From: Callorhinchus milii
Lineage: Eukaryota
Length of the DNA: 64,000 bases
Reading direction: 5' to 3'
Assembly (NCBI RefSeq): GCF_018977255.1
Contig: NW_024704754.1
Location: 2,728,001-2,792,000 of the forward strand
Of this stretch, positions 1-11,897 are shown piece after piece. The position numbers and the translations under genes were made by a program. The first letter of the stretch is position 1. Every line of letters begins with the position of its first letter. The notes beneath the pieces were generated by a model. That model made no database searches, had not been told where the DNA came from, and worked only from the letters and a program-made list of their open reading frames with translations.

Positions 1-704
1 GAAAAGTGATCCTACTTACTGCCACATATATAGAGATAGGCTTTTAGAATGGTTTTGAAAGTCAAAAGGGAGGGGACGAGGTGGAGGGATTTGAGAAAAG
101 GGTTCCAGAAGATGAGGGTAAAGTGGGGTGGAGTGAGCAAGAGGCATACAGCAGTTGAATAAACAGAGAGAGTGCTTGAGGGAGGAGGAGATGATTGGTG
201 GGCAAGGCCATGGAGGTATTTAAAGCTAAGGAAAAATATAATAAAGTTGTTTTGCTGGGATATAGGGAAGCCAGTGGAGCTGAGAAATCATTTGGGCGAT
301 GAGCTCGCAGAGTCTGGTGCAGGAAAGGACACAGGCTGTGGAGTCGTATCGCTGAGAGATGTGGATAGCTTAGATGTAAAGAGGAAATTCAGTGGAGACC
401 AGAACAGATCAAATTGTAAACGCGCTGTGAAGAGGTGAGGCACATGATCAGTTCTTATTCTCACACTCTGAGCGTGTTGCCGTGTTTTTTTCTTCGAAGG
501 TAACGGATGCATCCGTTGCTTTCATTGCTTTGTGAGTCAATTGGCTTTAAATTTAAATTTCCGCAGGCAAGCTGAGAATTAGCTGACCACCTGTCATTAC
601 AGAAGAAGAGGCACAGAAAAAAGGTAAAGAGAAACCTGCTTGTTTGTACGAGGCGTTGGGGGGATGCTCTGATAAAGCAAACAAGTCGATTTCACCAGCA
701 CCAA

Positions 705-1013
705 ATGGAGCTCTTCAACATCTCACAGGCCACCCGAAACGAGACCCACTTAATCATCCCAGCCGCTGCTCACTATGTCATCATCATTATGTATGCTATG
801 GCTACCGTCCTCTCCTTGAGTGGGAACGTGCTGGTCATTTGGGTTCTGACCTTGGGCTGCAGAACCAGAACGGACATCACCGACTTTCTCATCAACCTGG
901 CTGTGGCTGACTTGACTATGGCCATTTTCTGTATTCCTCTGACTTTCACAGAGGCTCTCCTTCAGAAGTGGCTCTTTGGTGAATTCCTCTGTCCTTTGGT
1001 TCGTTTCGCACAA
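705..1013 (+). CDS. GPCR coding exon 1 (N-term, TM1-TM2, start of TM3)
   Basis: ATG 705; MELFNISQ...LCPLVRFAQ; donor gtaagt at 1014. Confidence 0.92.
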
Positions 1014-4000
1014 GTAAGTGGTTTTTTTTTGGCTCCCTCCGGTCTGCGAAATAACTCCTGGACTGTGAATTAGCCGCTCTCACACAGGGCACCAGTTCAG
1101 AATCCGTGGGTTAGGGAATGAAAATAAAGCAAAACCCATATGAGTTAGCGAAGTGCACAATGAGCAAGACTCAGACTGACACAGCTGTGAAACCATTCCC
1201 ATGGTGGCAAGCACACCAAGGCTCAGTCAGTGTCAGTTCCTTCAAAAAAAAAATAATAATAATATAAACTGGTCACTTCATTCCACGAGTGTTTGTGGGA
1301 CACTGCTGTGCACAATTGGTTGCCACGTTTCACAGTAATAACCGTTCCAGGTTCCCCGAACTGACAACTTCAGTCATTCTTCCTTCTAAGAAACGGTCAT
1401 TAAAGTTAGAGGAGATTTGTAATGATCAATAGTACAATAAGCACACTGAGAGCACTTTATACTTACATTGTCACCTATTTCTTCCTTACTTTATTTCTTA
1501 TTTGTTCTTAAAAGATTTTGTTTTTTTTCCTCTGGATCAGCCCACGCATTTCCAAAACTAGAACCTGGAGAAATGGTTGAATATGATGCTGACTTAATAT
1601 CCACTTACTTGGTTGATCCATTTCCTCTCCACAATCACTTTGAAATTGAAATTTGCAGCAACAGAAAAACTCATCTAGATTGTCTGGCGACTGCACTCAA
1701 GAGCTATTAGACTTTGGGTGTTTGTTTTAAATCTAATTGTATGTAACTCCGTACCTTAGAAATCTTAAACTGGGTGGGATGTAGTCAGTATAAATATGTA
1801 ACTGACTTAAGGACCAGTGATCAGACTTGATGAATAAAAATGAACTTCCTTTCCTCAAGGAGCGAGAGACACTGAGAGGGATTTACACTGACACTGATAC
1901 TGACAGGAGAATTTAAACGAAAAAAAAATCTTCAGCTTCTTGAAGGAGGCTCTTCAGTCAATTGGGCCGAACCAAACACTGAGCCAACTTATAGAGAAGG
2001 AATAGGAAATGCATCTCTGTGAGGAAACAGTTGATTACAAGACTTGAATAAAATTTACCAGTTACCTCCCTACCCCCAGTATAACTATAATCCACTCCAT
2101 CTCCGTTATCTAGGCTGGTATCAATATAGGAATGGAAGGAAACCGCCTCTCACCAGTCGCCCAAAGTATCACAAACGACAATTTCTTTCGACCAGAAAAA
2201 CAACACCACCAAATTTCATTTACACGGCGCCTTTCATTTCAGGAGGACGTCCCAAGGTGCTGGACAGTCAGGGATTTGGATCCGAGCTGTTGGGTTTGGA
2301 TCAGGAGGGGTGGAGGGCGTGAGGGTAGAGGTAGGAGGGTGACCGGAGGCACAGTCTAAAAGGAGGGTCTTGAAACTTGCCTTAAAGGAGGCAAGGGAGG
2401 CAGTGAGGCGAAGGGACTGTGGGATGAAGGCCCGACCACAACAAAAATGAGTTAAAAGTTCCACCATTAGTTCCAAGTTTCAATCAAGCTGAGGTTGGCC
2501 AATTCTGGCTGAAACAAAGATATATTGTGAGTTAATTTTTGTCTTGTTAAAGTAACAATGTTGGCAATTGATTGGAGTTCACGTCAGACCTGAATGTCAT
2601 TGCCATTGTACAGATGACATAATGCAGTTAATTGTGTGGACAGCTCTGTTTTCCTCATTTTTAATTCCATTGCCAGGGTTTTAGGAACCACATGGAGTGT
2701 TCATAAAATAGAGTCTAATGGTTGCCTGAGAGTATTGGGAGGAGAAGGCAATAGTTATGGGATTCAGTTGTCAAAGGGTGAACATGAATTTGCCAGATAT
2801 CACTCCCATCCATTTTTACTTCTACGAGAGCTCAACGGTTTAGACACTGTTCGGCATTAGATTATAATAACCCTCGACACATTTCTGTATAAAACATACT
2901 TTGCGTCACTGGGTACGACAATTGCTTACATATTCTATCATTTCTCTGCCAGAATTAATTGCAAAACTTTTTTTCCAGCTGCAGCTCTTGATTTAATTGA
3001 GTTATTTTTAACCTTTTACGTTTTATTCCTAGATCCTGTCGGTGTCTGTGAGTATATACACCCTAATGACTATCGGCGTTGACCGATACTATGCCGTTTG
3101 TCATCCCTTGAAGTCTCGGATGGGTCGATCGCACAGCAAGATCTTAATTGCTGTCATTTGGATGATATCATGTGGCATTGCATCTGCGCAGTTAGTAGTA
3201 ACAAGGGTGAGTGTGACTGTGGAGAAGGCTCATCTCAATCACTTAACTGTTTCAAATGGTTTTGTGAAACAAATGTTTTGGGTGTATGGATTCTGCAGTG
3301 GTGTCCCAGTCGACTGTGCCCAGAACCATCATAGATTTACAGATTGTGCAGCACAGAAACAGGCCATTCAGCCCAACTCGTCCATGCTGGTGTTTATACT
3401 CCACATAAGTGCAGACACAAGAAACTTTGTGAGCCACATATTTCTCATATTTTTAAATATAGTCATCAAAGTCCCACTAACGAGGCCAAAAAGTAATACG
3501 GATTAATCTTCCATTTGACTTTGATGGACTATAGATTGCTGGTGTAAGACAGCTCTTGAACCTGCACCCACTGGTACCCAAACAACTGGAATCTTCCCCA
3601 AACAATTTGAGTTTAGATGATCCTCTCAAAGCTGAACAACCTTGGAAGTTTCTAAAAACATAAGGCTTGGCACATTCTTGGAGTGTTAGTCTTTGCAGTG
3701 TGTACATTAGATTCTGTGATATTGCATAAATCACTGCGAAGCTAGAATCCAAGTCACGCTGCACCATCTGCCACCTCCTAATACAAATGGATATCATGGC
3801 TGCAGGATTCCACTCTAATGATCTTCTCTTTAGAAGTCGGAACTTGTTGTGCAGTGATTGGGAACTTGTTGTGCAGTGATTCTTGTTAGCTTCACGGCTT
3901 GGAAGTAATTCAATAGCAGTCAAGTTGATTCCAGGCCTGTGTGTGGTGAAATGAACGTGAGGTGTCAATGAGAAGGTGACGGCTGAGTGAAAAAATGTAT

Positions 4001-7000
4001 ATTGTTCGTGTCAATGCCTAACTCAATGCCTTGACTGTCTCTAAGAGTTGCCCACATCCAGTTTGCCTCATCTATTGTCCTACGAGACATGATTTACCTG
4101 AGGGTCTGTATGGACAGAGCGCGATTAAGGAACAGAGATTAATTAACAATAGAGGCATCGACCAAGACATCATTGAGTTGTTTTCCTTGTTAGTGAGGTC
4201 TGAGTGTTGAAGAATCTCAATTGCACCCCTGCGTTGTTTCACTGTAATGACCAAATGGTCATTGAAAGACTTGGAAATTATCCACTAAAAATAACTTGGT
4301 GAATTATTCTGTTCTTTTTACTAAGTGTAACAGATTTTTTTTAACGCCTGCTTACGACAGGTTATGTCCTTACGTTGTTCCAAAGTGAACATTCGAAAGA
4401 TTCACTCACACTCGGTGAACAGAACATTTTTTAAAAAATTAAGAGAAGTGAATAATTCAAACCTTTGCACGGATTCAAATGCTTTTGCTACGAAATATTG
4501 TGGAAGTGAGTTTTTCAAAATTCATTCTGTTTTGTGAGCCAGACAAAACCTGTGGACAGCGAGGCTGAGGTGATCTGCTTGGAGATTGGTTGGCCTAACA
4601 GTACCTACCATGAAGTCTACACTCTCTTCCTATTGCTTGTTACTTATGTATTACCCTTATTGATCCTGACCATTACGTATTGGAACGTGGGCATGAAGTT
4701 GTGGGGTCGAAAGCCACCAGGCAACGTGGACAAAAACAGAGAAGCTCAACAGGACAAGTCAAAGCGAAAGGTAGAGGCAGAATTTTTACAATTCAGACCA
4801 AGTGAAACATTATGTTCAATGTGCCTTATTTCTTAGCTTAGCTTTCTCAGTTCAGTAAACCAATGGTGCTTTAATGGTAAAGTCTTCTCCACTGCCCTGC
4901 CGCTGATAAGTTTTCTGTTAATTCGGTCAATTTGCTAGACACTGTGGTTCCATTTGCCACATCCATCCACGCATCCCGTGGCTTCCCTGAGGGAGGAGAC
5001 TGATTAGTTTAACCCCCGATAATTTGAATCGACATTGCGACGTGATCCGTTTCCGACAATTTGCGATAAGTCCCCGAGTTGTTCGGATCTGGGACGCACT
5101 GCCCGAAACGGTGGCGGAAGCCGATTCGATAACAACTTTCGAGAGAGAAGTAGAGCGATATTTGGGGAGGACAAATTTGCAGGGCTATGGGGAGACAGCG
5201 GGGCAGTGGGACCAATTTGGATAGCTCTTTCCAAAGAACCGGCACGGATACGATGGGCCGGATGGCCTCCTTCTGTGCTGTATAATCCTATGATTCCCCT
5301 TTCAGGTTATTAAAATGCTGTTTATCATTGTGGCTGTCTTCGCGCTTTGCTGGCTACCGTTTCACATCTTCAGTGTTACGTACGAATTCAACCCAGATGT
5401 GTTGCCGAATGACCCCATGGATATCACAGCCCTGTACTTCTTCTCTCACTACCTGGCCATGTCACACAGCTTCTGGAACCCACTTATTTACGGATTCTAC
5501 AACGACAATTTCCGAGTGAGTCGAAAATTTCCACGTTTCCCTTTACAACCAATGGCTGTGCGCAGTGTGAAATAGTAATGATCAGCAAATAATATCTAAT
5601 ATTCCTCGCATTTGATATAGCGTCTTATCACATCGACGAGATGTCTCAAAGCGCTTCATAGAATGTACTGTAAAGCGTAGTCGACTGTGGGCGAAACGCA
5701 GCAAACATTTGCGCACAGCAGTGTCTCACAAAGTCATAGATTGAGTGACCAAATTAATCGACTAACAAGCAGGTTCCTACTTACTGTTAGGTAAACAGAG
5801 ACGTGTGGAGTAGGGAAACTTGCCTAAGGTTTCTCTCTGCCCGGGAATCGAACCCAGGTCTCTCGCTTGCGAGGTGAGCGCTTGGAAAGACCAAGAGACA
5901 GTCAGGGAAAGAATGGATTCTGGTCAAGGTAGAAAAAGCAGGGAAAGAGGGAGGAAGCATTGAGTAAGGTTAATGTGAGGAAGGGAAAAAGAGTGGGAAA
6001 TGAGACCAAACTGGGTCCATTCTACAAGAGGAACAGGGAATAGAGGAACAAGAAGCGAGTCAACAAAATTCTTGAGAATAAATAAATAACCTAGACATGA
6101 CCCAGCATGAAGTGTTAGTTGTGGGAAAAAAAATTTAATCCTTAAGAGCAGTCGGAAAGCAACACAAAGATCCAAAAGTGAGACAAAAGCAGGATGGAAT
6201 CAGGATTTAATACTGTTCAGCAGGTACCCTGTAAAGGAACAAGTGGTCTATAATAATAATACTTGCATTTGATATAGCGCGTTACCACGTCTGTCACTTC
6301 CAGTGGGTGTCTCCTTTACTCAGATCCCTGTGAAGAAAATAAGAAGTCTGAATGCAGATGGTGAAAGTCAGGGTAATTCTTTGAACTTATTTAACACTGA
6401 GGTTTCCTTTAAGTGGTGACAAATCATAGTGTCCACAGACTAATCAACCTATTAGAATCTGTTTCAATGGGTTCAGATTAGTAATGTTATTTGCTGGAGT
6501 TGTCCTGCCCTGCTACCCAGGTGGGAGAATTCATGATTACTGGAATCTTAAAGTCTCAAACCTTCCTCCACAAGGCAGGTCTTTATTTAAGCAGCTTGGA
6601 TAACCTACAGGAACCGATAACGGGCTGCGATTACCTTTATTATGTACAATCCCTTACAAGGGACCTGGGTTTTTTATTTGTATTAAATAAAGCAGACATA
6701 GAAGTCAAATTCCGGAGTACAACAGTAATTTCTGTGCACCTTCAATAACTGATGATGATAATAACTGATGGCTTCAAGTAATGCTCTGTATTTATCCACA
6801 GGCTGATTTGCAGCGACTCTGCATCCGTTTCAATCCATCCAGGTGCTGCCCTCACATGTACAGAGATAACCTTTCAACCCACAGTGACTCTGACATCTTC
6901 AGGAGAGAGAATAGCATCAGTGTGCGTCTGAGTTCAATGGAAAGCTGCAGGTCCCTCGTCTCCAGAAAACAATCAGTCATCACCTCGCCCAGAATAGTCC

Positions 7001-7017
7001 AAATTCACAGTAAGTGA
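705..7017 (+). CDS. Class A peptide GPCR, tachykinin/luqin-RYamide/leucokinin/GPR83-related orphan; 5 coding exons, 378 aa, intact
   Basis: Exons 705-1013, 3033-3206, 4543-4770, 5306-5515, 6802-7017 join via GT-AG, all phase 0, 1137 nt open frame. Motifs GNxLV (TM1), NLAVAD (TM2), WLFG..C, VDRYYAVCHP, YVLPL, CWLP, NPLIY; N-terminal NIS/NET glycosylation sequons. Confidence 0.93.
2200..2428 (-). mobile_element. L2-clade LINE 3' fragment in GPCR intron 1
   Basis: SFKASFKTLLLD plus 3' hairpin/tail. Confidence 0.78.
3033..3206 (+). CDS. GPCR coding exon 2 (TM3, DRY, TM4)
   Basis: acceptor ttttattcctag; ILSVSVSIYTLMTIGVDRYY...LVVTR; donor gtgagt 3207. Confidence 0.92.
3839..3881. repeat. Tandem duplication, 22-bp period
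   Basis: ggaacttgttgtgcagtgatt twice. Confidence 0.85.
4543..4770 (+). CDS. GPCR coding exon 3 (ECL2, TM5, ICL3)
   Basis: acceptor gccag; TKPVDSEAEVICLE...LWGRKPPGNVDKNREAQQDKSKRK; donor gtagag 4771. Confidence 0.9.
5072..5296 (+). mobile_element. CR1 3' fragment in GPCR intron 3
   Basis: [30 protein letters not shown] plus gatgggccggatggcc hairpin and tatgattc tail. Confidence 0.88.
5306..5515 (+). CDS. GPCR coding exon 4 (TM6-TM7)
   Basis: acceptor ccctttcag; VIKMLF...CWLPFH...HYLAMSHSFWNPLIYGFYNDNFR; donor gtgagt 5516. Confidence 0.92.
5600..5882 (-). mobile_element. Older-subfamily SINE
   Basis: Same core and tail, partial tRNA head, diverged. Confidence 0.8.
6802..7017 (+). CDS. GPCR coding exon 5 (helix 8, Ser-rich C-tail, stop)
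   Basis: acceptor tttatccacag; ADLQRLCIRF...QIHSK-TGA; Cys pair and Ser/Thr-rich tail. Confidence 0.85.
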   Translation, partial: ADLQRLCIRFNPSRCCPHMYRDNLSTHSDSDIFRRENSISVRLSSMESCRSLVSRKQSVITSPRIVQIHSK

Positions 7018-9079
7018 CACAAACGTTATAACAACTTGAATTTATATAGCGTCCTTCATGTGGGGAAGGGTCCCGGAGCGCATGACAGTGGTGAGGTCTG
7101 ACCCCAAGAGGGAGGGGGGGGAAGGTGAACCATAAGCACCATCAAAAAGGAAGGTCTTTAGGCAGGATTTGAAAGTGGGGAGGGAGCGGTGGGGGGAAAG
7201 GCAGAGGGATTGAGGGAAGAGGAAATTGTGAGTACAAACGTATGTTAGTAAAGGCTGGGATTAGGGTGGTGGGAGGGTGGAAATTAGTGACAGTTGGCTC
7301 TTCTGATCACTATCCATTATACCCGAACTTAGCACTGACACTTACAGGCAAACTGTAAAACGCGGTTTGTCCCCGAGTTCAAATGGTCCTTTGTTTTCAT
7401 GTTTCGTTTAATTTATTGTGGTTCATTGCAGAAGCATCTGTCTGTTTGGTACCTGCATACTAAAACTGGACTCAAACGCAGAGACATTCTCTCTTTAACA
7501 CACGTCAGACACAACCCATTAATTCGACATGTTGAGTAGACAGAATAATCATCTTCACTTACAATGTCACGATCAGTATTCCGCATGCTCTAGAAAGGTA
7601 ATCTCTGCTCTCTGTGATAAGCCTGCTATTTTGCTAGGTTTGTTTTGGAGGAAATGAAATGCAAGCTGCTGCTGTTGTCCCATCTGGATAAATTTGGATC
7701 AGGTTCACATTCCGTCCATCGTTAGCAGATCGTTCGTTTCAGGATGTTTTCTGCAATTAACATATGCTCTTTCCGATTTCCAACAGCTACCTCTGTGATG
7801 TGATGTTTATATTAAATGCAACTGGCAGCCCTGAGATAAGTTCCTGATCAATTGCCTGGAGTTTCCTTGGGCTCTCTTTAAAGCCAATGATTACTGAAGA
7901 AACTCCCAAGTTTAAAAGAAGTGCTACATGTCAAAACACGCATAAAAGGAAAATCTGAAAGCTACCAATCTTTCAATGAACAAGACATCCAAGTGGATAA
8001 AAAATGAGCAGGCAACAGCCTAAACTTAGTGTTGAGGCACAATATTCCTTATCTATTTACATAAGGCTAGAATTTAAATTGTACAATCTCAAAAAGTGGA
8101 TGTAAAATGTAAGACTTGTTTTGCATGTTTGCTGTCCTCTCCAAATAAGATTTCTTTCCACGAAAAAGAATTAGACTAGAGTCAAATTTGACCTGTTTTT
8201 AAGTGTTTGTGCTGAATGCTTTTTAGTTGAACAAGAGTGGACAATAAAAATGTTGTCTAGAAGCAACAAGTAACATGTGTGCTACTGTTCGTCACTAACT
8301 GGACATTCTGTTAATGTAGAATAATCTTTGTGCGAGGACAGAGTCTATAATTTAATCATGGGGTTCGGACTATGGGTTTCACAGATGTCATTTCAACCTT
8401 GAGGTCAAATTATAGTGTTGTCACTGCCTTACAGTGACATGTTACCATTTGTAAAATACACTCAATCTAACTGAAAGCAAAATAAATACATTTACCTTGA
8501 TGATTAGACTGAGTAGGTTTGGTGTCCCAGAAACTGTTAATATATTGTTTCAGCAGATATACAGATATATAATTTGTTGCTGTAAATTTTATGATTTAGA
8601 ATTGCTACATGGTCGAAGAGGGGAAAAAAACACTGCTTCTGTGAATTTCCTTTTATTTTGCACAAAAAACTATCTTGAAACTTTGGCAAAGTTTCTATCA
8701 AAAAGAAATGTGCTGCTATTGTTTCCCTATCCCCTAAATTCCCTCTTCAGAAACCAGTGGCTCAATTTTAGGAGGAACCCCATTAAAAGAACAAGTCCTG
8801 TGCATGGGTTTTGGTTTGGCGAAACAGCTAAATGAAGGACAAGCAACACCTGGTGAGGAGAGCAATAAACACTCGCGAAGTGGACCTCAGCAGGTGACCA
8901 ACTCCATGAGAGGAAAAGGGTGAAAAGAAGAGTCTCAACATCAGAATCTCTGAACCTTCTGTCAATTACAGCTGCCTCTTAAATACTGAAGATAAGTATA
9001 ACTGACATGCAGATGACTGACAACGTACTGGATTGCATGATCCTACAAAAAATTATGAATAGGAACTTTCTTACATTAT

Positions 9080-9387
9080 TCTAAATTGAGCACTTGGGCT
9101 TGAATCCCGGCAGGGCGAAACGTTGGGCAAGTTTCCTTACTCCGCACGCCTAACCTAAACCGGTTGTTAAGTCGATTTTCCGGGGGGGTAATAATGCCTT
9201 CAAAATAATTTAAAATAATTTGGTCAGTCAATCCACGACTGTTTGTGGGACGCTGCTGTGCGCAATTAGCTGCCTCGTTTCTCCCACAAAATCTAGTCAA
9301 TTCACTTTACAGTGTATTCTGTGAAGCGCTTTGAGACGTCTCAAAGATGTGATAAGGCGCTATATCAAATGCAGGGATTATTATTAT
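9080..9387 (+). mobile_element. Older-subfamily SINE
   Basis: gggcaagtttccttac...gcgcaattagctgcc...aagcgctttgagacgtctc...(att)n. Confidence 0.85.
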
Positions 9388-11124
9388 AAGTGGGCTTATA
9401 ATGGTCATTGTCAACTATATAATTTGATGAGTAAAGTGACAGAATGCAAACCCTCTGAAATAAAGCAGGATTTTTAATTTTACACTACAGCACATTTAAA
9501 ATAATTCTCTCCCTTTTTGTAAAAATCACTGAGTTTCATAGAACATAATCAAAATCCATTGCAAGTCTCACGTACTAGCATCACAGAACTGCAAATTCTC
9601 CCCTCTATTGAAATACACTGTGATTTCTGCAATGAGTATCTCTGGCTGTGCACTCTTAAAAACACTCCCAACCACTCTGTCAGGCCCAACATTCACTCAG
9701 TCACTCAACAAATAACCCAATTATTCTAGTCATCCACTCACACATTTGGCCACTTGCTTGTACTCACTCGTCTCCAAAGTGCCGCATGAAAGAGTGTTGA
9801 AACAGTTGCTGAGGACTCCTCTGGCAACATGCTCGTCACATCAAGGAAAATAATTCTATTTAATACAGTACTATTTATCGATAAGAGGCACATCGTTCCA
9901 AGAAGGTTCAAGACCTTTTTTTGGTGCAACTTTCACTCATTTTTCTCCAAGCCGAACCTATACTTGTATAGGAATAACCAACCTCCTGCACATCCCTTAA
10001 CACCTCCTCTCCACCATCGGCGGCCGTGCTTTCAGCCACTTCCAGACCAAAAACTCACGCAGGGTAGCGTCCCAGAGCGCTCGACAGTGGCGGAACGCGA
10101 CGCTGAGCCAAGAGTGGGGGGGAAGGTGACGAAGGGGGAGGCCGAGGAGTAAGGCTTGCACGTTGTCTACGTTTTTCCTTCGGCAATCTCCATTACTGAG
10201 TTGATTCTGCTCACTCAGCTCCTGTAAATGCTGCTAGCCAAACCTCGAAGAGGCAGGGAGTCCTGGTGAAACAAGCAGCTGGAATCTTGCCAGACAGACA
10301 GGACCCTCAATGGCAAACTATACAGTTGATTCAACTCAAGCAGTACCCCAATGGACACTCTGTTGATCCCAAGTCTTTGGTCCTCGCCAATCTACCAACA
10401 ACACATTCCTGAATTAAGTAAGCAATAACAACTTGCATTTATATAGCGCCCTTTACGTCCTAGCGTCCCGGAGTGCTTGATGCATCCTCAGGGAGGGAGT
10501 ACACCTTCCATTCTAGACACAAGGAAATTTCCACGCATAGCTCTTAAGCACGGAGATGGATTTCTGCAGGTGTCAAAAATCCAGCTGACTAAATCTGGGT
10601 GAAACTACGTCTCGTTTCTTCAATTAATTAACCTTTGGCTACAGAGATTAATACACAGACACAATAATCAGGCTAAACTTCTAAACGTGTTATCCACTTA
10701 CCTTTTAATGACATTAGAATTGCACAATGAAAATGTTCACTCTGCTCTTTAATGGGAACACCAACTTACAGAAACACAAGACACATATCCAACAAGTGTC
10801 TACAAATACTCATATAAATAAGATACACGACTCAAATAATTAAAGTACATTGTGTAACAAAGTAAAAAGGCTGGTCAGTTGATTCTTTCCAGTAAAACAT
10901 GGCCCCAGACAAGTACCAATAGATGGAAGATAAGTAGGCTATCAAGTAGTCAATCTCAGCATTTAAAAAGATAATGTATACACTCGGGCAGCTTCCTAGT
11001 TACATTTCTGCTCTCAAATCAATGAAGTTGCAGTATCTTTGTACTATGTAAAGCTTCTAACAAACATATTCATTACATACACAGTAAATAGACACACACA
11101 CTGGATTCTTTCTCTATACTATAT

Positions 11125-11290
11125 TAATAATCCTTGCATTTGATACAGCGCTTTTCACGTCTTCTAGACGTCTCAAAGCGCTTCACAGAATATACCATAA
11201 AGTGAATTGACTATATTTGTGGGCAAAACGCGGCAGCCAATTGCGCACAGCAGCGTCCCACAAACAGGCGTGGATTGAAGTGACCTTTTA
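11125..11290 (-). mobile_element. SINE 3' half downstream of the CAMLG stop
   Basis: Core plus tail match. Confidence 0.82.
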
Positions 11291-11705
11291 TTTTAAGTTT
11301 AGTTAGAACACATGGTTCTCCAAGGGGGTGGACTATAGCTTTTAATCTGTTCCTTGACAAACTCCGTTGTTGAATTTAAAAATGCTCATTCGGAAATAAC
11401 TACCCCTCAGTAAGTAAGAAACAGAAGTCCAGAATCTAATTCTGTTTGCACTGCCCAAATAATTAGTGTCTAAGCTTATAACATGACGCTTTTTAATATT
11501 AATATTAGTTTCTTATTTTAAATAGCTCTCTCTGGAGAGTGCGAATGGGATTCTGAATGAGGATTAGTAGCCTGACCCAGACAGATAGATCCAGTGTCTG
11601 CTTGAAAGCACAGTGATGGCTTACAACGGCAGACATTGGTGGCAGCTGCAAATGGAGTTGAAACAAACCCTCTCCTTGTTCCCCCTGCCTGACCCCTTAA
11701 CGACG

Positions 11706-11897
11706 TCAGGGCAAATCAATAGCAAAAAGGACAAGAATTTCATGACAGAAAATAAAGGTGAAGAAATAGACGCAGAGGTCGGCAAACACGTCTCCCATTT
11801 TGCCGTACGTATCCATGGAGCGATTGATAACTTCCGCAGGAATTCCAGACAGAAGCAGTGCAGCAGTCAACAGTGTGGTTTTTACCTTCTTTTCGCT
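11706..11897 (-). CDS. CAMLG: CAMLG exon 4 (terminal)
   Basis: [23 protein letters not shown]...[17 protein letters not shown]. Confidence 0.95.
   Translation of the reverse strand, partial: SEKKVKTTLLTAALLLSGIPAEVINRSMDTYGKMGDVFADLCVYFFTFIFCHEILVLFAIDLP

Noticed and set aside
3477-3968. 163-aa minus ORF in GPCR intron 2
   Set aside because: Non-ATG start, no recognisable domain or splice context; contains a tandem duplication.
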